A DNA stretch of 64,000 nt, taken from NCBI GenBank assembly GCA_964035545.1, contig OZ037767.1, forward strand, positions 9,372,581 through 9,436,580, in the 5' to 3' direction. The translations under genes were made by a program, and so were the position numbers. This DNA is from Bugula neritina (taxonomy: Eukaryota; Animalia; Bryozoa). Below are positions 1 through 12,800 of the stretch, piece by piece; within the stretch, counting starts at the first letter, position 1; every line of letters starts with the position of its first letter. The notes beneath the pieces are model-generated. The model did not search any database, had not been told where the DNA came from, and saw nothing but the letters and a program-made list of their open reading frames with translations.

Positions 1-1940
1 TGCACAAAATATTAATTTTAACAGCTTTTCTGTGAGCCATATTGTTTGTGTTTTAAACCAACCAAATCTACTGGTCTGATTGTCTGTTGGGCAAAATTAT
101 CTGAAGTCCAGTTGTCTGTTGGGCGAGACTGTCTAGAGTCTGATTGTCTGTTGGTGGAGGTTGTCTGAAGTCTGATTGTTTTTAGTCTGGTTGTCGGGAC
201 ATTTTACAAGCTGAAACAGATGACTCATAACAACGTGAAGTCATTAGGTTTAGCTATTGTCTTTAGGGTCTAGTGTAAACCATGGCTATATATCATAATG
301 AATTCTAATCATTAAACATATTGTAATAATCTGTAATATGATGGTGAATAATTCACAAATACTTCAATCTCATTAATAACTGCACTCTCTAGCAGACTCA
401 GAAACACTATAATGCTGCCTTAGGGTTACTGCTGACTTAGCAATAATTAGAACCATGTGGTACATGATGCAAGCCATTTAGTGCTAGCTGAGACTAAAGG
501 CACTCATAGAACCCATTTAGCCAAGAACAACATACGTAGTAAACCCGTACACTAAACAAGTGTAGAGAATATTACCTCTGTACCTCTCTTGCTATTATTA
601 CAAGGCTAAAGTATTTGTTAAGTAAAAACAGTAAAACTTTATAGAAGACATCACTGAACATTAGCTAGCCTAAAGTGGTAGACGACTCCTGTGACATTCT
701 GCTTGATTCAACTGGATTGCTGCTAGCAATATGAATACTCAAGGGTGTACCCACATTATGTGACCTCCTCATTATTTGACTTGCATATCGGCACACTTTT
801 TAAATGTTGAAGTAAATAAGTTTTTCGGCTGTTTCAAGTTAAAACAATATTTGAAAAGCATGCACTGAATTAGATGTGATGGTAATTTCAAACTTAGATA
901 TAATTTTTTACATAAAGTTTACACAATTGTGCTTTGCGCTATAAATAGACTACAGATGGCAGCAGCTTTATGTCAATTAAAAGTATGAGCTGCTAAGTTA
1001 AAAAGTAAAGCTGTTGTGTTATTTTTGTCTTGTAGTACTATTTGTTTAGTAAACCACTTGATATCAATTGATTAGCAATAATGGCTGTAAAATCTCCATA
1101 TTTTATTTCAACTTAAACTTGGAAGTTTGGTCCATAAAAGCAAAGCTTTACATAAACTGCTCCAATATGACGTCTAATAGCGGCTATAGCATACGTTGTT
1201 AGAGGTGGTTAAAGAGTGATAAAGTGTGTGTGACACAGTTTTTATGCAAGCAATTTTCCTTCAGCACTTGGTCATAAACAGAAAAATATACGTTTCTAAC
1301 AATGATGAAAGAATAAGCTGAGAGGCTGTAGGGTTGTGACTATGTGAGAGGGTAGAGAGACTGTCCCCATCAAGGTGCAGGAAATATACTATTAGATAAT
1401 ACTCAGAAGGTTAGGTTACGCCCAAAGCAATTGAGCAGGCAGCTTTAAAACAGTTTCGCTATAATATCATGATTTTTGAATAGGATGAGAGCCAGGAGTA
1501 ATAGTGTTCAGGTATTCAAGACTAAGACCCGTCTGCTTTGGTCTTCTCAGGGTTTTCAGACCAGAAAACCGGGTCCAATAATATTTTCCTTGAAGTTGAG
1601 CTTATAGTAACTTGAGGTGATATTGACTCGGGTCATTAGATAAATCATAGTAATAAAGGGCAATTACTAGTACTATGTTAGCTGGGTATCCACAGCACAT
1701 AACTGCACTCTAGAGGTCGGGGTGGTGTAGACACCCACAGTTTGTAGACATCTTGCACTCAGTCTTGCTGCATAATTACAGGCCGTTGTGCAAAATGTTG
1801 ATGAAGTAAATTACAGGTGAATCCTGTATAACTGGAAACCATTGTTTCAATTCGCAGACTTCACTGAATGAATATGTCCCTGGAGTGTCATTGACTAGCC
1901 TAGTCGCATTTCTACCTTTCTTTTATTTTCTTTGTTCTAG

Positions 1941-2503
1941 GATCCTGGGCCAAGATTAAATCTGATCACACAACCTTCTCTCAGCAGCTGGTGATATAAT
2001 ATCATATGAATAATTTAATTATTATAATATCATTCTCATGTGTTTATACTCATATTTACTAACAACTGCATTAACCATATTATCTGATATAATATATGCA
2101 GGAAAAGTTTTCTCATTTTAAAAAAATATTTATGTGAAAATATGGATTAAATCTTTAATTCAGCAATTTATGGTTTTTATTAAAATATTTTTCTTATATT
2201 TTTCAAGTCAGAAAATATGATTTAGTTTTTACTGATGGTTGCTACAATTATAAAGGTTTTATATATACCATTCTGTTACAAGCCAGTTTTATATTATATG
2301 TGACAAGCTAGTTGTGGTTATGTGCAAGTTCTGTGCCCTGTTATATTATTATATCTTCAAATAAACAAGAATGTATTTACACTGTAACTATTGACCATTG
2401 AATTCTTGTACAATACTATTTGTCTTATTGGTAACTAAAAAAGCTGCATCTGAATAAAATATAAATATAATGCATATCATGCAATCATTATATGTATATA
2501 TAC

Positions 2504-2574
<71 letters not shown>

Positions 2575-4979
2575 TATAAATATATACAATTTACATTCTA
2601 AGAATACAATTAATATTGGCATGCATTAGATTGTTCCATCACAAGGATCCTGAAAAAATGTTCAAATTTAAATTCCACTACAAGAATGTTAACTTTAACA
2701 TCAAGTTTTTTTCAACGATAAGCTTCATGTGAAATATTTGCCTTGCTACTCTCACGTCTTTTTGCTGCCATGTCTTTTGCAAACTGTTGTTTAGACTTTT
2801 TGATCTTGGTAAACCTATTTTCCTCATATCGCATGAGCATATCCATAGCCCTTTTTACTGATAACCTAGCAATTTTCTTATCTCCCACATTAACATGTTT
2901 TACTTCTGCTTAACTCTTTCAATTTCTATCAATTTTACTTGTTTCAATAGTTCTAATTGGTCTGTTAGTTCGCAGCCACATATCTATTTACTCATTTGAT
3001 TGGCTGATACCTCCGATTTTGGTGAGTATTATATTCATCAAACATGCTGGTTGTGCCAATCTACTCGTTACTTTTCCTTATTGAACTCTAGCTGGTGACA
3101 TTTCAGTTCGCTTGTACTTTCAACAAATTATTTTCAGTCATGTCAGGCTTTTCCTTTATAACTTAAATTTCTACTTGAAATCTGTTAGTAGCCTACAATA
3201 TCTCACAATATTTGCAACTAGTTACTCACACCAGCTCTTCTATTCCTAGTCTTAACTTTGAAAGATTTACTCTCCATGTCATAAACACTTAGCATAGGTG
3301 TCACTGCTTTGATAGCTCTCTCTCCTGATTCTAATGCATGGCCTTCTCATCATCTCTCAAATTAGCTTACACAGCTAAGAAATTCTCTTGATATAGATAT
3401 TTTAAATTTAATAGTTATATACTTTTGTTTGCTATAACAGTATACACCGTGATGCTACGCTAATATTATGATCATGAAAACTCTGCAACTATTTCTTTGT
3501 TGCATGTCTCAAAATTTTGGAGTTATACTATAAAACTGTAATACCTTTCAATCTTGCTATAAAATTGTTGTATGCTGTGTACTCACAAGAAATGTGTTTA
3601 TTAATGGAGACTGTAGTGGTGTTTCCATAAAGATCATAACATTTTATAACATTACTATATGTTGAAATTCATCAGATTTACTGCCAGTTAAATTGTTCTC
3701 TCGTATAATGAACAATGACTTGCAGAACAAAATATTTGGCATGCAAAGGAAAAAACATCCTGTACTGCTAATTTTTTTCGTTATTAGTTTTGATAAATTA
3801 TTTACACAAAAACTTAATTTTTAAGCGCATATTTTATATTTAGCTTTTGCAACAGCCAAGTTTAGTAGGCGTTGATTTGTGTTGGCCATCAGGTTATACT
3901 CAGGGGAGATTACTTCTCAAAATTGTGACATTGAGGACAAATTCTACAGTTAAAATTTATTTGTTTACTGGCACATTTTTACTGGATACACCATCAAACT
4001 TGTAAGCTGAGGACATGGGTATGCCACACGTTTCAATACACTTTTTCATCATAATTTTGTTCTATTCTCTTTGACAGGTATAGCCAGTGTCTAAGTTGTT
4101 TTCTAATGTTTGTATTTAGGATTCACCATAGCAGATAGTACAGGTTAATACAGAACACATCCTAAAGAATACTATTTCTACTATAATACTGGTTTTTATC
4201 AATAAATTGCATTATGCTTAGAGCTTTGATGTGTGGACTGAGAAAATATAAGTAATACTTACTTCAATATAGTACTGTTATATAAATCACTAATAAATAT
4301 AAAAAATTATTTAAAAAAAACTGGTGCTATCCACAATGAAAGTTGCTACTATTGCAACTTCGAAAAGAGAACATTCTTACTAGTGATTAAATTACCTGCT
4401 ACCACCATTAGAAACAAAACAGCACACAGTTGGTATTGAGCAAGCTGACAAGGTGGTATATATTTATGGGAGGTATTCATATCTGTGCATAGGCATTGCT
4501 TAATCTACGTATACATGCTACTTGATGTTATTAACAAGCTGAGCCTTGACAAATAAAATTGTGGATTCAGGTATAAATTGTTACTTCGTGGGTGGGCGAC
4601 ACAATACATTCAATTATAATTTAAAGTAATATCAAATAATCACACTATTGTTACAACACTATTACTGTTGCAACACATATAATTGATAGAGTAATTATAG
4701 TATCAGTAGTGGTACCTATAGACAGTACAAGGTATGAATTTATGGCCAAACTATGGCAATGAAAATTGCAGACAGCAGCTATGATAATAATCCTTTCTTC
4801 AAAACAGGATCTACAGTCTCGTTGAACTTTGTGAAGAATTAGAGCAGTTGAGGCTACCTGGAGATAATTTACAGCTGCATAGACTGCTGTCTGCGGCAGC
4901 TCCCTCCAGTTTTTACAATAGTTTTACAGATGTGTTGATTTCAAATTGCGCTCATATTTTGCTGAATGCCGTTGATTAA
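1941..4979 (+). CDS. Putative 3' exons of an unidentified plus-strand gene convergent with TADA3
   Basis: Candidate exons 1941-1990, 3844-4001 and 4808-4979 have pyrimidine-rich acceptors and GT donors (CTG|gtgata, TT|gtaagc), join in frame, and read SWAKIKSDHTTFSQQL/LLQQPSLVGVDLCWPSGY...DTPSNL/IYSLVELCEELEQLRLPGDNLQLHRLLSAAAPSSFYNSFTDVLISNCAHILLNAVD*. No family firmly recognised. Confidence 0.35.
2490..2570. repeat. (TA)n microsatellite
   Basis: Seen directly. Confidence 0.95.
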
Positions 4980-5255
4980 ACAGATCTGAACTTCGAATGT
5001 AGGATATTTGCTAAAATTTATTGTACAGTAAGAAATTTATGCAATATTCACTTTTATTTACACATTAACATTAACCAGCTATACATAGACTTTTAAATTT
5101 TATAATTGTTATAATTATAAGAATCAGCGGCAGTGATGCAGGCTTTAAACCTCCAATCATGTTCGCATATTATTGTGAAAACAGAAAATTTAAAACAACT
5201 ATAATAAACTGTTTTTTCATTGGCCAGAAAACCCCAACTGTAGTAAAGTGTTCTC

Positions 5256-6767
5256 TCATTGGCCAGCACAGCTGATGGCTTCAATTTGCTTGACTAAGAA
5301 TTCCCTCTCCTTCAAAGCCTTCATCACCAGATCCTTCTCACGCTTTGGCACTGGTCGCTTTTTCTGCCGGCCTATTTGAACCTGAAGCAAAGCAAAGCAT
5401 AAAGTTACAAAAATATTAATACAATAGTACTACAATAATACCTTGCAATATCACTACCATATTACTGCCATAATATATTACAATATTACTACTATATTAT
5501 ATTATGATATTACATGATATGATATCAAAAAATTATATGACAATATTACCATGATATTACTATCATGTTGTATTACAATATTACTGCAATGCTGTATTAC
5601 AATATTAGAATAATTGTAATATGATAGAATCCTTATGCAATGGAGTGAAGAAAAGAGAATAAGGAAGTAACTAGGAACAGCTCAGATCAAACACTTAGTT
5701 GCACTTAACAAATTTTACTTGAGACACAAACCCTAAATATTAGTATTGCTGAAATGCAAAGAATACAACTTAGACCAGTGTTGCACAGTGTATTATGATG
5801 TTTCTATTTTCTACACTTAAACGTGCTTCATTAGCTATAGACAAAGTTCTTACACATGAATGCTATTTATTAGCTAAACTCTTACTACTTGGATAACTAG
5901 ACAAAATACAAATAGAAACATTATATTATTTAGTACAGCCATGAAATTTTAATCATTCCATTGATTTGCATGTCATTCACACTATCAACCCTTAAACATG
6001 TCTGCATCAATATTCTACTATCATATAAAACAAAAACGGCAGACTTTACTGGTTTTAATAACCCAGATAAAATTATCAGTAAATTCCAAAACAGCTCCTT
6101 TGAAACTTATTACAAACATATTTCTGAAAAACTGCATCAACAATAATTATTTTTCAAACACATCAGTACTACAGGAATTTTTCTATATAAATATTATTTT
6201 TTGCAACTAACGCAAGTATAAATAACTCCAAATGAATGGACTTAAACAGGATCAAATAGAAAATTAACTGTTTGAATCATCCCTTATATAAATATGGTTT
6301 CTCATTTCGAGACAAATATTTTTAGCTTTGTGAAATAGTGCTGTTGTGCGTCACTTTGATGATAATTGAATATTTATTGGGCAAGGTCACTGAAAACGCT
6401 GCCGTATGCAGTGCTTATTAGAAGACATTGAAGTATTATTTCTAAGCTTGAATAGAAGTGCATGAAGACTGGTAGACAGGGAATATTCAGATTTGGGGTA
6501 CAACACAGCCTCCCTCCCCCCTAGCAAGACTGAGAGTTCTATTGCAAACATTTCATTACAATACAAAATTTATAAGGCACCAACAGTTATGAAAATTGGT
6601 AATGAAAACATTTCTATAAAACAGTTGATACACGCATATAGCTAAATAAGTAAAGCTCTATAACTAATAGCTTCTAGAAAATAGTTTATGTTTTCTATTT
6701 ATGAAGTATGTTTCTCCAATTAATTCCCTAACGTAGTTTCTTGGATTATATATATATATATATATAT

Positions 6768-6807
<40 letters not shown>

Positions 6808-9800
6808 CAGCATGTCTCACGGTGTCAGACTATCAACCTAACCATCTTGTAGACTGTAGAGATTGCTAGTTGAACATTTATGACAGACAAAGGTGTGTCC
6901 CAGAAAAGAGAAGAAATATGTTAGATTAGTCACCCTTCTATACGCCTCCATCACATCGGCATCAACTGCAGCAAGTTTTCTTCTCAGATCCTGTGCATTC
7001 ATCTCTTCCTTTGCCAACCTATCATGTATGCATAGATTATTGGGTCAGCTTAGGGCCACACGGTGCGTATTTTCGCATGCGAAAATTGAAATCACAAGTA
7101 GCAAAGGTGTCCACTGTACGCGTTGAGATTCGCACTTGTCGCTCAGCATTCTCAACGCATGTGCGAATCGTCTCTGTCGTCGTCACCTAATTGGCTGGTA
7201 GTTATTCAGCGAGCCCAACTTCTTCATTTTAGTGCCATATTCCAGTAAATTGCGTTTTATTGAAAGCGAGTGCGATTTAAAAATGAAAGCTTTATTTATC
7301 ACGCATCACTGACGCTACAGTGGACACCTTTGCTACTTGTGATTTTGATTTTCGCATGCGAAAATACGCACCGTGTGGCCCTAAGCTCAGAGAATTTGCG
7401 AGTACATATTCATGTATGTATACGAGCATTGTGATGTATATGTATAGGTACATACTATCTATACTGCATTATTTTACAAGATACAGTGCTTCCTCCATAT
7501 CTCACGGTTCAATTTCTCATGAAGTTCCATAAGCCATGAGAAAGGCTTACACCTCCATTTTGTGGCTTATGTATATGTTTATAAGGAAAAAGTGGCCAAA
7601 TTTAATAGATCCACGAGTTAAATCTGGTATTCTACTATGTCACAAATCAAAGCTTAGTGAGATATAAAGGGAGCACTGTACGTTAATGCAAGGCAGGTAA
7701 GAAAAGCAGTGATGGTCTGTTTACACATTAGTTACAGCACAGCTGGACAATAGCTACTAAGTGACACCAAAAGTCATAAATATTTTATCCACTTTTAATT
7801 TGATTAAAAGCCAGATAAATCAGTACAATGTCAGAGCCTATTTTTACCAGTACACTGGGCTGATTGCTACAGCTGTGGCTATGCATAATATATAAATTCA
7901 ACTAGAAGGCATAGTGTTCACACATTACTCCCCCACTACGTCCCACATACAGATTTGACGACAAATATCTCTTGTTCTTATTTTCTTATTATTCACAAAA
8001 ATATAATATCTATAAATAGATTCATATTTGGTTTTACTTTAAAAATTAATCAAATATGGGTATAATTATAGCCTGCATTTATTTAACTTCAGTATGAAGG
8101 CTAACAACAAATTTGTGTTTAATTTATTTTTGTAAGCAGCCGGAAGTCAGCTGAAACAACAGATTTGTCTGATAGGCCAGGTTTTTCCCAAACCTATAAC
8201 AAACATTCACACCAAGTTACCTATTGATATTTGCATTTATTTTTTGTGTATTTGTACACAAAAATAAACAAAAATAAAGTTAAAAACTACACCGGTGGAG
8301 TGGGTCAGAGTTTGTCCATCATATCTAATTTTCATTTAAATTATATCAATATCAAGTTGATGTAACGCGTGGAGTAGAAATGCAAAATGCAGCTGAAGGG
8401 AAATGCTATAATATAAACCTGTAGAGTCTTTTAGTCATGCTTAGATTATGCTGCCCGACAGCGCGCAGCTCCTGCTGCTTCTCTTTCAACTCGGCCAGAA
8501 TTTCATCATCGCTGTCCAAACCTTCACTTGGGGTGAGTATGCCTATAAATAGATTACATAATATATTCAACTGCAAACAGCACAGAATCTCTATATTTAT
8601 GTTAACAGAAAATACTTTGATCGGAAATCGAGAGTCTAATTCAATCAAACCAACTGCATTAGACACTTTGTCCAACAGCTATGAAACAAAAACCATTGCA
8701 TGTTGAACATATTGTCATATTGTGCCTAAGACATCAATATTATCACTTCCATTTAAAGTATCCCCCCCCCCCTTCCCCCCCCCTCCCCCCCCCCCCCCCC
8801 CCCCCCCGTGTCTCTCACCATGCTGGTAAAATGGTTTGAAGATTTGAACTGAGGCACAGAAGCAACATAATTGGATAATCTTCTTGCCCTCACCAAATAG
8901 ACTGGGACCCAAGATCTCTGTCATGCTAGGCTGGCGCTTTTACTAGGCCATGGCTGTTCCCTTACGATGCCCACACTGTAGTCAATAATTTAAACTATTT
9001 GCTAAAATTATTATATATTTTTCCAGACCGGACATTAAAATTTAAACACCTGAACTCATGATTGATAACCCACTTAATTGAAGTTACGCTTTTATTGAAT
9101 TGCTGACCACAGAGATTAATATGACAATACAAATTAGATTTACATCAGCAATTTATGCCATAAGAGGATTTGAGAATATTCAAGTATTACTTCATTATGA
9201 AAAGTGAGCAAGTACACCAGGAACTGAGTAGCAGGAGTGAGTAATGAGCTCTAATTACTGACCAATACCCTCGACTCCTACATGTGAAGTAACGCATTAT
9301 ACAATTTTCTTATGTGCAACTCACAAGCAACAATTGAAATACTCTTGAATTAAACGGTGAAGACGGATAACAATTAGACACCAGGGAGGGCCAAAGTTAT
9401 TATACAGCATAATGAGTTGGCAAACAACCATTAGTCTAATTAAAATAGCATATTGAGATTCACTAGTTAACTGGGTAACCATTAGATGCTAACTACGTAG
9501 AAATAAGCAAAAATAAACAACGCGTGCATAAATACTAATACTGAGCAACAAGTAATAACAATTAGATGTGCGTCTGAATAATAAAAAGTTGACAAGCATA
9601 TATTTTCTTTTTATAGAGTTGTAAAAAATATTTTTTCTTTTTTTAGAGTTGTAAATTTGAGAGAAAATTGCGTGAATGATGTCATTTATTTTAAGTATGA
9701 CTGAATTTTCTGATGCACTGAAATGTTATTTGAAAAGGACGCAAAGCTGAAGCTCATATATAAAAATAAAATGATTGCGATAAAAGAATGTTTCAGTAGT

Positions 9801-12800
9801 TGGCATCTTGTTCAAATAAGTACCATCTTATGCATTATAACATAGAGTTTTGTGTTTATAAGCAGCAAAGTATAAATACCATAAATGAAAAATGTTTTTT
9901 AAATTTTAAAATATTATTAAAATTATGGTTCCATCAAAATACAATAAATTCACGAATAACATATATTATGGTTTTGTATGGTATTTTCTGTTGTATATAT
10001 TATAAGCATGGAATAGTGTGCACCAGAGCATTTAAATAATACATAATACATATTATATCCATCAGTGAAACCACATGGTAGATTGATATAAATATATGCG
10101 ACATAAAACTGAATATATGAGGTGTAATTGAGTAGCAGTGGGAGTGTACAGCATATCTATATATTATAATAAGCATATCTACATATCATAGTAAGCATAT
10201 CTACATATTATAGTAAGCATATCTTTATATTATAGTAAGCATATCTTTATATTATAGTAAGCATATCCACATATTATAATAAGCATATCTACATATTATA
10301 GTAAGCATATCTATATATGTGACCTGGCACCACAAAACAAGGGATGTATATAAAATGTTGAAAACTTAGTTATTACTATGGAGTGATAGAACAGATTTTT
10401 TCAAACATTTTGCACTTTATTTGAAGTCTCTAGAATAAATAGAACTCGAGATATCAGTATTTAAAATCTTTAACGTTTTTAGAATTTCTAAATTACTGTT
10501 TCGAGAAAATCGCGTTTAAAGTTGGCAACTCTAGAATAAGTTGAGAATTATTTGTTTACAATTTACTAGCCTTAGCAACGGGTCTTTGTATAATAGGAAT
10601 AGTGACAAATTTGGTATCAAAATAATTGTGAAAGTTTGGGCTTTCTATTAAACTAAATTTCATGCTGCCTCAACATAAAATTAGGTCAAATATGGCTGCC
10701 AAACTTTTTGTCTAATTTATTTGTCAATTCGCTTTTTACTTTGCTTAATGGTTGAAAGGTTTAACAATTCCAGCAAAGAAGAGGATGTTTCAGCAAGTTT
10801 GTGTGTTGAGATATTTAAATTAGGCATCCAAGTCAGCAGAAGTCATATAAAACAAAATGGCAGCTGCTTCCTCTTATACATTGAATATTTTCCTCTCCTC
10901 TAATATACTGTGTAATATATCAAACTGCAGCTATTGAGCTGTGCTGTTTCATATTTATTGATTAATGAGTAGAACATTTATGAGAAAATTATTTGACTAT
11001 TATGAGATCATGCGAGATTCATTCATAAATATCTTTATAATCTCTAACGGCAACTAAATTTAGCAATTGATTTGGCTGAGATGTTGAAAATATAAACATA
11101 AAATCAACTACTAGAACTTTTGAGTTTTATTAGGCATTAATATTCACATTTAAAACATCAAATACATTATTTTAAGAAACTAATTAAATGCAGTAAAAAA
11201 CCCAGCCTGGATACAACCATTATGCTTGAATTAACTCTTATCAAGAAAAGAAAATTAGGTAGCTTCTACGGCTTTTGCAAAAAAGGCACTTTTCATCTTT
11301 CTACTTCCTTGGTCTTCATATTATGAGTTTACGGAGTATGGACACATAACATCATGTATGTGGCAAAAGCTTCATCACTATCATCAGCTGATTTTCTAGC
11401 AATTATAGATGCTGCTACTTGACATCCATCCTGGAAATCTACCCATTTATTGTCTATTCCAGAGCTGGAAGTACAATGTTGACTTTTTTTAAATAACAAA
11501 AGGAAACGGTAGCTTGATTAGAAATTATACCCAGTTATATTATAAAAATTTAGTTGGTTAAACACTCTTGTGGTACTATTATGGCAGCAGTTAATTGTGA
11601 TCCTGCATTTTATCAGCATTTAAATTTATTGAATTAAACAGAACAATTTAAATTAAAAAAATTCTTGAAAATTTTCAAGCACATCATTAAAAGACTGCAA
11701 ACCTTTTTATGAATGAAATAAGCAGAAGCCATAACCTTGCAAGCCAAAATTCAGAGTGTCTACATTAGAAGTATTAGATTGATAGGTAGTAGAGTTGTGT
11801 AGGTATAAGTCTTCACTCTGATGCCCTTGCAAGTCCACTTTCTAAAATGTACAGAATATCGGATTATTCTACATTAACATAGTATTATCAGTAAAATTAC
11901 ATATTATAGACTTGAATATCTAGCATATCTGCAATTGGCAATTTTGAAGCAATGTGTTTCGATAACTATTAACCACTCAGGCATTTAATTGAGTAAAAAA
12001 GCTAGCTAAGTGCAACTGAATCTATTAAAGATATTTACTATGAAATCAATTTGAATTCAAAATTCAAATTAAAAAGTTTAGACTATTTATGCATTCAGTT
12101 AGTGTTACTACTCACTAAATAAGACTAAAAGTAACTTACTGAAAAACTAAGTCAGTCAACTATAGAATCATCATGAACTCGTATTAATATTTCATCATTA
12201 TACTCATTTACATTGAATCACATTTACCATTTCAATTTGGTTATAGGTGATGCTTTTATCAATATAAAAATGATTATCAATTGAGTTTTGACAGTAACTG
12301 TAAGCCTGCATAATGTGATAAAGATTGTATCATTACATTTTAAATCAAACTTTGAGCTCATTTAAAAATCACAAAAGGAAATGGTAGTTTGATTAGTAGG
12401 CCTAATGTTAATAGTAATAGTAATCAGTAACTGTATTGACAAAATATAAGACAGAGGCTAAAAGTTACTAAGAGTAAGTCCAATGTAAATTGAAATATCA
12501 ACTATAGAATAAATCAATAAATATAATACTATCAGTATGAGTATCAAGTTTTAAGACCGAAGGCATAACTCAGAGTCAGACTCAAATAGTCATAGTGATA
12601 GTAAATTTATAATTATTAATTACTTCTACTATTAATATTAATGAGCTACATTTGGTTTTACTACTCAGTAAATCATGGATGATATTCATTATGATTATCA
12701 TTATGAGTAACCGTACCTCAAACTGTGAGTCATAGTCATAGTCATTTAAATAGTTACTAGTATAGAATAGAATTAGAATAGAGTCAATAGTGAATAGACA

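Noticed and set aside
8715-8924. Poly-Gly ORF
   Set aside because: Arises from an intronic poly-G tract; not needed for the TADA3 reading frame.
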